Positions 1 to 6,610 of a stretch of DNA of 10,334 nt are shown in pieces; the first letter of the stretch is position 1; each line of letters starts with the position of its first letter. This DNA comes from a virus (Duplodnaviria; Heunggongvirae; Uroviricota; Caudoviricetes). The notes beneath the pieces are model-generated. The model was not told where the DNA came from and ran no database searches. It saw nothing but the letters and a program-made list of their open reading frames with translations. The position numbers were made by a program, and so were the translations under genes. The stretch lies in the IMG/VR virus record IMGVR_UViG_2681813261_000016; one strand, written 5' to 3'.

Positions 1-115
1 GTCCAGACAAGCCCGATTGTCACCAATCAGCAAAAGAAGTTGCGATTTCGATGTATGGGAAGTTCGTAGGCTTCCCCAATGACAAAATCAAAAAAAACCA
101 GAAAGGTAAAAACAC

Positions 116-3100
116 ATGAAGGCACTGATGGTTCGAACTGACTTCTCACTTGGGGAGTCGGCTCTAAAAGCAGAAAACGCGGTGAAGATTGCCAGAGAAG
201 CTGGCTACACCGCTGTAATTTCAGCAGATAGCATGAATATTGCGAGCGTTATTCCACTACAACGTGCCGCTGGTGACGACATGGCGGTTATTTGTGGTGT
301 GAAACTAAACATTGTTGATGATCCCACATACGAGCACCGGGCTAAACTTGCTAAAGAATCTATGAGATGTATGGAATCATTAGAGCGGGGACGTAACTAC
401 TCGTTTACCGCTCTAATTAAAAATGAGCAAGGATATCGCGACATCTGCGAACTAATGACGGTGGCCAACACACGAGAACAGTTCTACTTTGTACCGCGTC
501 TCTCGCTCGAACAGTTGGTTTCTACATATGCCAAAGGCAACATCATCCTGCTCACTTCCGACATCGGTAGCGTGTTCCAACGCAACGATTTTGCAAAAAT
601 CATAAGCACACTGATTACAGCGGGTGGAAAAGACAACTTCTATAGTGTGGTTTATCCGCACCCTACCCCATTCTACGACCAGATTAACGTCCGGGCGATG
701 AAAGTCGCCAGCGCATTGAAAATAGAGCCAGTGGCGTTCTATCCCGCTTATTACGAATCGATCGACGATGCAGACATTAAAGACATTGCGCACATGGTTA
801 CGAACAACATCAAAATCGACCAGCCGCATCGTCTGCGTATCCCCCACCAGCGAGATAACGCCGTCAATGGTCGCCGCCATCTCCTTGAGGCGCTTAAAGC
901 CTTCTCCGTTCGCATGGATGTGCCGGTAACAGCTGCAATGGCCTCAACAACGCAGGATACCATTATCGATGCCTGCACATGGCGCTGGCATGAATTGCCG
1001 CCAGCACTGCCAAAGATGGCAGACGACGAGCCTGCAACGCTTATGAAACTGGCTGTTGCAGGGCTGCGTAAACGTCTTACCACAAAAGAGTTTGGCTACA
1101 CACCACCTGCTTCTGAGAACAGGGTTTATGTTGAGCGGCTAAAGTACGAAATGGACACGCTGACTCGCCTGGGATTTTGTGGTTACTTCCTGATGGTACG
1201 CGATCTGATGAATCACAGCCGTGAAACTGGCATTCCTGTCGGGCCTGGTCGTGGTTCCTCCGCTGGATCTCTGGTGGCATGGTGCATAGGCATAACCAAC
1301 GTCGACCCAATCCGTCACGGTCTTCTGTTTGAACGTTTCATCAACCCTGAGCGTCTCGACTTGCCGGATGCGGATTTGGACTTCAGCCAGGCACGTCGCC
1401 ATGAAGTGATCGAGTATCTGAATGAACGCTACGGCGAAGATTACGTTGCGGGTATTCCGAACTTCACATATCTGGGCGCAGCCTCTGCACTACGTGACAC
1501 CGCTCGTATTTATGGTGTGGAGTCCGCAGATATGGCGGTATCAAAAGAACTGAAGAACGTCGAGGATGATAGCCTTCCATTGGAAGAACTGCGCGAACAA
1601 CTGGCAAGTCTCGACAAATACGCAACAAAATATCCTGATGCATTCAATGCAGCCTGCAAGTTACAAAGCCTTATGCGTGGCTTTGGTAGACATGCGGCAG
1701 GGATGATCGTAGCAGGTGTTCCTCTGACAGAACGTACACCGGTTGAACGACGTGGTGACGCGCGTTGTATCGCATTTGACAAGCGTTACTGCGAGGCTAT
1801 GGGCCTAATTAAGCTGGACGTGCTTGGCCTGGCAACTCTCGATTTGCTCGATAGTGCAAAACGCTACATAAAAGAGAACACAGGTGAAGATATCAATCTT
1901 GATGCCATTTCTCTTGAAGATCGCAAGGTGCTGGATGGTTTTGCTGCTGGGTACACTCAAGGTGTTTTCCAGCTTGAATCAGGCCCAATGCGCAAGCTGC
2001 TTAAAGATTTAGGTGGTGGAATTGAGCCAATGAGCTTTAAAACGGTTGTTGCTACGACTGCGCTCTTCCGGCCGGGACCAATTCAGTCAGGCATGTTGGA
2101 TGATTATGTTTCTGTCGCCAAAGGCTTTATGACGCCGGAATCATTACACCCCGTTCTTGATGAACTTACCGCAGAAACAAATGGCGTGATTCTCTATCAG
2201 GAACAGACGATGAACGCGACTCGATTGCTTGCTGGCTTCACAATGGCTGAAGCTGACGGCGTTCGTAAAGCGATAGGCAAAAAAGACATGGAAAAAATGA
2301 AGAGCATGGGCGAGAAGTTCATCGTTCAGGCTCAAGCTGGCTGGATAGACGTTGAGCTGGAAGATGGCACTACACAGCGCATTCACCGTGCGGAACATTT
2401 TAAATGCGAAGACGGAACTCTGAAAACTGTCGAAGAGGCACTTGAGCACGGAGCAACACTACCTATAAACGCAGTACGCGTTACAGCGTCACATCCAGGG
2501 CTATCAGAGATGAAAGCGAAGGAGATCTGGACCGCATTCGAAAAAAATGGTGCCTACCAGTTCAACAAATCACACAGTGTTGCTTATTCTTTAATCAGCT
2601 ATCAGTCCATGTGGTTAAAGACACATTACCCTGCTGAGTTCTTCGCTGCTGCGCTCACCATTCTGGGCGAGGATAAGCACCAGGGGCTGGTTAAGGATGC
2701 GCTGACCTATGGCATTCGCGTATTGCCACCAGACGTTAACGTGTCATCTAACCGAATCGAGATCCGCACGCTTGAAGATGGCAGCCAGGTGCTGTATGCG
2801 CCCTTCTCTGCTGTGAAGGGGTGTTCTGAGAATGGCTGCCAGGCCATCATGAGAGCGCGAGAAAAAGTTGGCGGCAAATTCGAGTCACTGGCGCAATTCG
2901 AAGAAGCTGTCGAGAAACGTGCCTGTAATAGTCGAGTGCGCGAATCGCTGCAAAAAGTAGGGGCGTTTGCATCCATCGAGCCAGGTAGTCTGCCAGCAAC
3001 TGATCCAGAGCGCCTACGCGACCAGGCTGAATTGATGGGAAACCTTGTCATAGACGCAGTTAAAGCCTCACGTCCGTTTGAGATGAACCCCAAACGATCG

Positions 3101-3634
3101 GCTGAAATTAACGCACTCATGACACGGATGGCGGCTGAAATGGGCTTAGGTGATGAACTAATCCGCCCCAGCATTGGTATTAAGCCGAAAATCATGATCA
3201 TTCTGGACAATGCAAACGGCAATGATGCTCGAACCGGTTACTTCATGGAGAACGGATACGACGATTTTAAGGCCAAGCTGTTGACGGCTGGAGATTTGCG
3301 CATGGGCGATCTCTATGTCACAGGCGTTTGCAAAAAGGTGAAAGACAAAGAAAAGGACTACACCAAAGACGAGATCGGCCAGTTCACCGACTTTATGCGT
3401 GAAGAGATCAATCTGGTACGTCCGACCTATGTGCTGACGTGTGGCAGTCGGGCAACGGCATTGTTTAACAACAAAAACAAGCCATCCGATTTAGTCGGTA
3501 GGAAGGAGTATCTTCCAGACCTTGACGTTACAGTCTTTTACGGGTTTAACCCCAACATTCTTTACTTCAGACCTGAAGAGGGAGAACGACTAGAAGCGAT
3601 ATTAGCCGACGTAGCAGAAACTATTAAGTCGTGA
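116..3634 (+). CDS. dnaE: DNA polymerase III alpha-subunit-like replicative polymerase (DnaE/PolC-type C-family) with a C-terminal UDG-fold domain
   Basis: 1172-aa ORF. Hallmark C-family motifs seen in the translation: GFCGYFLMVRDLMNHSRETGIPVGPGRGSSAGSLVAWCIGITNVDP, catalytic acidic cluster LDLPDADLDF, FRPGPIQSGM, ILYQEQTM, and fingers motif YQFNKSHSVAYSLISYQSMWLKTHYPAEFFAA. The last ~150 aa resemble a family-4 UDG fold. RBS GAAAGG at 101-106, ATG at 116, TGA at 3632-3634. Confidence 0.9.
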   Translation: MKALMVRTDFSLGESALKAENAVKIAREAGYTAVISADSMNIASVIPLQRAAGDDMAVICGVKLNIVDDPTYEHRAKLAKESMRCMESLERGRNYSFTALIKNEQGYRDICELMTVANTREQFYFVPRLSLEQLVSTYAKGNIILLTSDIGSVFQRNDFAKIISTLITAGGKDNFYSVVYPHPTPFYDQINVRAMKVASALKIEPVAFYPAYYESIDDADIKDIAHMVTNNIKIDQPHRLRIPHQRDNAVNGRRHLLEALKAFSVRMDVPVTAAMASTTQDTIIDACTWRWHELPPALPKMADDEPATLMKLAVAGLRKRLTTKEFGYTPPASENRVYVERLKYEMDTLTRLGFCGYFLMVRDLMNHSRETGIPVGPGRGSSAGSLVAWCIGITNVDPIRHGLLFERFINPERLDLPDADLDFSQARRHEVIEYLNERYGEDYVAGIPNFTYLGAASALRDTARIYGVESADMAVSKELKNVEDDSLPLEELREQLASLDKYATKYPDAFNAACKLQSLMRGFGRHAAGMIVAGVPLTERTPVERRGDARCIAFDKRYCEAMGLIKLDVLGLATLDLLDSAKRYIKENTGEDINLDAISLEDRKVLDGFAAGYTQGVFQLESGPMRKLLKDLGGGIEPMSFKTVVATTALFRPGPIQSGMLDDYVSVAKGFMTPESLHPVLDELTAETNGVILYQEQTMNATRLLAGFTMAEADGVRKAIGKKDMEKMKSMGEKFIVQAQAGWIDVELEDGTTQRIHRAEHFKCEDGTLKTVEEALEHGATLPINAVRVTASHPGLSEMKAKEIWTAFEKNGAYQFNKSHSVAYSLISYQSMWLKTHYPAEFFAAALTILGEDKHQGLVKDALTYGIRVLPPDVNVSSNRIEIRTLEDGSQVLYAPFSAVKGCSENGCQAIMRAREKVGGKFESLAQFEEAVEKRACNSRVRESLQKVGAFASIEPGSLPATDPERLRDQAELMGNLVIDAVKASRPFEMNPKRSAEINALMTRMAAEMGLGDELIRPSIGIKPKIMIILDNANGNDARTGYFMENGYDDFKAKLLTAGDLRMGDLYVTGVCKKVKDKEKDYTKDEIGQFTDFMREEINLVRPTYVLTCGSRATALFNNKNKPSDLVGRKEYLPDLDVTVFYGFNPNILYFRPEEGERLEAILADVAETIKS

Positions 3635-3641
3635 TCCAATA

Positions 3642-3670
3642 AACATGGCCTCTATGGCCATGTTTTCTCT
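3642..3670 (+). terminator. Rho-independent terminator downstream of the polymerase gene
   Basis: Perfect 9-bp stem AACATGGCC (3642-3650) / GGCCATGTT (3656-3664), loop TCTAT, followed by a T-rich tail TTCTCTT; begins 8 nt after the stop codon. Confidence 0.6.
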
Positions 3671-3690
3671 TATCCCCTCATATCCCCTAT
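3671..3690 (+). repeat. Tandem direct repeat, two 10-bp units TATCCCCTCA / TATCCCCTAT
   Basis: Read directly: tatcccctca tatcccctat at 3671-3690, immediately 3' of the terminator and 5' of the promoter-like elements. Confidence 0.5.
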
Positions 3691-3701
3691 CCTCGAACTC
3701 C

Positions 3702-3727
3702 TTGCCTTATCATCACAATGATATAAT
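3702..3727 (+). promoter_or_regulatory. Candidate sigma70-type promoter with extended -10 (TGaTATAAT)
   Basis: TTGCCT at 3702-3707 and TGaTATAAT at 3719-3727. The spacer is only 14 nt, so the extended -10 is the main support. It lies 33 nt upstream of the ATG at 3760 in an AT-rich intergenic stretch. Confidence 0.4.
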
Positions 3728-3759
3728 CAATATAAGATGATAAGTAAAAAGGAAAGCAC

Positions 3760-4191
3760 ATGATCACCGATATTTACGAGAAAATAATGTCTGATCTCGA
3801 GTTTGACCGAGACAATCTGGAAGAAGTCTGGCGTAGACAACCCCGCCTGTTGATGGAATATGGCTCAAAACTCGCTCATGCAGAAAGAAGTGTCGCAGAG
3901 GCAAAACTTAACCTTGAAGCTGTTGAAGCAAAGCTATACGACACAGAGCGTAAGAACTTGAGTATGAACGGCATTAAGTTCAACGAATCTGTACTGGACG
4001 CTAAGGTTAAAACAAACCCACAGTATCTGTCTAAACGGCAGAAGTTGGATGAAGCACGGCACATCGCAGACATATACAAACATGCTGTCGCCGCCTTTTC
4101 GCATCGCCGAGACATGATCGTTCAGGCGTCGAAGATGGCCATTGTTGAATTGGAGCGATTAGGCTCCGAACGCTTTATTACTCCCCGTTGA
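3760..4191 (+). CDS. Hypothetical protein, possibly a UvsY-like recombination mediator
   Basis: 143-aa ORF with RBS AAGGAAAG (3749-3756) and the conserved ...GCACATG start context. Size, predicted helical character and position next to the SSB and RecA genes are consistent with a UvsY-type mediator. Residue-level resemblance to T4 UvsY (AKLYDTERKNLSM, ESVLDAKVKTN) is from memory and weak. Confidence 0.7.
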   Translation: MITDIYEKIMSDLEFDRDNLEEVWRRQPRLLMEYGSKLAHAERSVAEAKLNLEAVEAKLYDTERKNLSMNGIKFNESVLDAKVKTNPQYLSKRQKLDEARHIADIYKHAVAAFSHRRDMIVQASKMAIVELERLGSERFITPR

Positions 4192-4194
4192 TTT

Positions 4195-4226
4195 TTGATA
4201 GATAATAAGTAAGTACTGATCTATCA
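4195..4226 (+). promoter_or_regulatory. Operator/promoter-like element: TTGATA plus 8-bp inverted repeat TGATAGAT / ATCTATCA flanking ATAAGTAAGTACT
   Basis: Inverted repeat arms at 4196-4203 and 4219-4226 with a 15-nt spacer containing ATAAGTA (4205-4211) and the palindrome AGTACT. TTGATA at 4195-4200 could serve as a -35. Sits 83 nt upstream of the SSB start. Confidence 0.35.
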
Positions 4227-4308
4227 TTGAACAGCTCGAAAGAGCCACGAATGAACGAAAGCCCAACGCGCATAGCGCCATCGGCCAAATCACAACAAGG
4301 AGAAACAC

Positions 4309-5337
4309 ATGTCTAAGACATTACTTGATTTGCTTAACAAAACTCGTGAAGACATTGCCGCCAAACGTGGTAACAACGTTGATCTGACTCGCTTAAAAGA
4401 TGGCGTCAACTATATCCGTATCTTCCCGAATAAGGACGACCCAAACGGTAAGTTCTTCCAGACTTTCGGTATGCACTACGTTAAGTATCAGAACGAGGAC
4501 GGTAAAGAAGCAACCAACGCTTATATTTGTGAGCAACATACTCACGGTCGCGCTTGTCAGCTATGCGAAATGGTGATGGAAGGTCGCGCTCGTCACAAGG
4601 GTAACAAAGCAATGGAAGAACGCATCGGTCAAATGCGTGCCACTCCTCGCTACCTGGTCAACGGCATTCTTTCAGCTCGTGAGGATTTCGCCGATGCAGA
4701 GAAATGCCAGTTAATCGAACTGCCTTCCACTGTATTCGATGATATCTGCAAAGCAATCACCGAAGACATCGCTGATGATATCGGTAATCCACTAAGCAAA
4801 GAGGAAGGCTACGCATTCCTGATTAAACGTACTGGCTCTGGTCGCGATACCAAATATGACGTCTCGCCTAAGCGTAAAGTCTACAAAGGCGATATCGAAG
4901 ATAAATTCTGGAATACCCAGCATGATCTGATCGCATACGCAAATCAGGCTGATGAAACTCGTCTTCTGTCGACAGTTCGCACTATGGGTCGTCTGATTGG
5001 CATCGCTGCACCAACTGCCGCAGCATCTACACCAGCAATTTCCTCAACCGCGAAAACATCGGCTGCGGCACTACCTGGATTTGGCTCTGTCACTGGTCAT
5101 ACAGAAGGAGCGACGGCTGTAGCAACCGCGCACACACCGGCTTCTGAACCAACCAGTCTGGTTGATGAAGAAATCCTCCGTGCCGTTGAAACTGAATTTA
5201 AACCAGAGGCAAGTTCCGCTGCCGTTGCCGTATCAGTCAAAGAGTCTGAAGCAGTCGCAGCGACATCTGTAGCAACCGCATCTGCGACGGAAGATGAAGG
5301 TCTGGATGACCTACTGAGAGAGCTGGACTCTCTGTAA
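4309..5337 (+). CDS. Single-stranded DNA-binding protein, T4 gp32-like (zinc-binding SSB)
   Basis: 342-aa ORF. N-terminal region (RLKDGVNYIRIFPNKDDPNGK) resembles the gp32 core; Cys/His cluster C-x3-H-x-H-x3-C-x2-C (YICEQHTHGRACQLCE) resembles the gp32 zinc site; long Ala/Ser/Thr-rich linker; acidic C-terminal tail EDEGLDDLLRELDSL typical of SSBs. RBS AAGGAG at 4297-4302. Confidence 0.85.
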   Translation: MSKTLLDLLNKTREDIAAKRGNNVDLTRLKDGVNYIRIFPNKDDPNGKFFQTFGMHYVKYQNEDGKEATNAYICEQHTHGRACQLCEMVMEGRARHKGNKAMEERIGQMRATPRYLVNGILSAREDFADAEKCQLIELPSTVFDDICKAITEDIADDIGNPLSKEEGYAFLIKRTGSGRDTKYDVSPKRKVYKGDIEDKFWNTQHDLIAYANQADETRLLSTVRTMGRLIGIAAPTAAASTPAISSTAKTSAAALPGFGSVTGHTEGATAVATAHTPASEPTSLVDEEILRAVETEFKPEASSAAVAVSVKESEAVAATSVATASATEDEGLDDLLRELDSL

Positions 5338-5356
5338 TCCCATTACGTGACCAGTA

Positions 5357-5383
5357 AGGCGTCTACGGACGCCTTACTTTTTG
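5357..5383 (+). terminator. Rho-independent terminator (possibly attenuating) between the SSB and exonuclease genes
   Basis: Perfect stem AAGGCGTC (5357-5364) / GACGCCTT (5369-5376), loop TACG, tail ACTTTTT; starts 20 nt after the SSB stop codon. Confidence 0.7.
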
Positions 5384-5397
5384 GAAGGAATGTACCG

Positions 5398-6342
5398 GTG
5401 AATTATCTCTTCGTAGATGGCAATAGCCTGGGTTATTACCACCAACAATCTGACAAATTGCACAACGGCGAAATGGAAGTACAGGCTGCTTTCGGCTTTG
5501 TTAAGAACGTCCGTCGTTATGCCTCCATCCTCCATGCCCGACCTATGATTCTTTGGGATGGATTTAGTGACAAGCGTCGCGACTTTTACCCGGACTACAA
5601 AGCAAATCGCGACGACGATCCTGATATGAAAAAGATGAAGGAAGGCTTTGCTATCCAGAAGCCATACATCCTCAAAATGATGACCGCGCTTGGTGTTAAC
5701 CAAATCATTGCAAAAGATGCAGAAGCGGATGATCTGGCCGGGCTGCTGGTATCCCGCATGGCACCGCAGCCAACCGTTGAACACATCTATCTGTTAACAG
5801 GCGATAGCGACTGGCTTCAGTTAGTTCGCGAAAACGTAAGCTGGGTAAGCCTGCGTGAAGACGCCAAAAACAAGCAGGTTAATTTTGAGCAATTTGCGGA
5901 GCTGACAGGATTCGCCACGCCTCGCGCATTTTTGGAAGCAAAAGCATTACAAGGCGATAACTCGGACAACATTAGCGGTGTTGGTGGCATTGGTGCTGGC
6001 GGTGCGAAAGAGCTGCTGCATGAATGGGGAAGTGTCGCAACGATGGTACGCGGCATCAACGACGGCTCAATCGTGGTTAATAAAGGGCGTCATAAGACCG
6101 CCTTCAACAAACTAGCGAAGAATGCCTTCAACGAGAAAACAGGCTGTCGAATGCTCGAAGCGTTCAAGAGAAACATCACGCTAATGAACCTGATTGAGAC
6201 GAAGTTTCCGCCTACCGAAATCGAAACAATCAAAGGCAATCGTGACGTGAAAGCATTCGAGCAACTGTGCTACGAGCTGAATTTCCGTTCGTTCCTTGAA
6301 GACCTTGAAGTGTTTGTTCTTCCATTCGAAAGGTATTGCTAA
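5398..6342 (+). CDS. 5'-3' exonuclease / flap endonuclease (Pol I 5'-nuclease, T4 RNase H, T5 D15 family)
   Basis: FEN-family motifs: LFVDGNSLGYY, YKANRD, AEADDLAG, LLTGDSDWLQL, and helix-hairpin-helix region GDNSDNISGVGGIGAGGAKELL. Start revised from the track's GTG 5347 to the in-frame GTG 5398, which follows RBS GGAAGG (5383-5388) and lies downstream of the terminator hairpin. Stop TAA at 6340-6342. Confidence 0.85.
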   Translation: MNYLFVDGNSLGYYHQQSDKLHNGEMEVQAAFGFVKNVRRYASILHARPMILWDGFSDKRRDFYPDYKANRDDDPDMKKMKEGFAIQKPYILKMMTALGVNQIIAKDAEADDLAGLLVSRMAPQPTVEHIYLLTGDSDWLQLVRENVSWVSLREDAKNKQVNFEQFAELTGFATPRAFLEAKALQGDNSDNISGVGGIGAGGAKELLHEWGSVATMVRGINDGSIVVNKGRHKTAFNKLAKNAFNEKTGCRMLEAFKRNITLMNLIETKFPPTEIETIKGNRDVKAFEQLCYELNFRSFLEDLEVFVLPFERYC

Positions 6343-6608
6343 TGCTTAAATCGATTATCAATGGCGCTACAACCACCCCTACCCAACTGGCAAAAGAGAT
6401 TGTCTTTTATCACGGTGAATACGCTGTCATCGCACTGCCGTCAATTCTAGGCGCTGCCGGAATGAAAGCGACAGATCGCGAGTTTGGATTAGTCAGTGAG
6501 CAGGTCGTAAAAATCCTCGCTCGTGTATCCAGACTCCTTAACCATGATGCGATTTCATTCGACGAATCCGCCGCTTTAAAACGAATCAACGAAACAAAAG
6601 GAGCCTGA
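6342..6608 (+). CDS. Hypothetical small protein (88 aa), translationally coupled to the exonuclease gene
   Basis: ATG at 6342 overlaps the upstream TAA (TAATG at 6340-6344), preferred over the track's TTG at 6336. RBS-like GAAAGG at 6327-6332. No recognisable motifs. Immediately followed by the RecA gene with a 2-nt gap. Confidence 0.6.
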   Translation: MLKSIINGATTTPTQLAKEIVFYHGEYAVIALPSILGAAGMKATDREFGLVSEQVVKILARVSRLLNHDAISFDESAALKRINETKGA

Positions 6609-6610
6609 TC

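Noticed and set aside
57-76. Short hairpin GGGAAG-N8-CTTCCC upstream of the polymerase gene as a possible terminator
   Set aside because: Only a 6-bp stem, followed by an A-rich rather than T-rich tract on the + strand, and no T-run in the right place on the minus strand.
3-119. Open reading frame in frame 3 running from the window edge to TGA at 117-119, overlapping the polymerase ATG (ATGA), which could be the 3' end of an upstream gene
   Set aside because: Only 39 codons are visible, which has roughly a one-in-six chance of being open at random, and I recognise no motif. The polymerase start carries the same AAACACATG context seen at genes that follow intergenic regions, which argues that 1-115 may be non-coding. 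Left unannotated as ambiguous.
2338-2505. The polymerase fingers insertion as a mini-intein
   Set aside because: At about 50 aa it is far too short for an intein, and it lacks an N-terminal Cys/Ser and a C-terminal His-Asn junction.
2707-3222. 171-aa minus-strand ORF, and other minus-strand ORFs in the track (e.g. 452-880, 751-1083, 2144-2449, 7778-8137, 9096-9416)
   Set aside because: All lie entirely inside plus-strand genes with strong family-level support. They show no recognisable motifs or RBS-like sequences and are best explained as chance antisense frames.
5347-5397. The ORF-track start (GTG 5347) for the exonuclease gene, giving an N-terminal extension MTSKASTDALLFGRNVP
   Set aside because: The extension is encoded by the terminator hairpin (5357-5383) and has no RBS. 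The in-frame GTG at 5398 has a GGAAGG RBS and begins exactly at the conserved FEN N-terminus (NYLFVDGNSL).
6336-6341. The ORF-track TTG start at 6336 for the small ORF
   Set aside because: The ATG at 6342, in the TAATG overlap with the upstream stop and with a better-spaced RBS, is the more plausible start.
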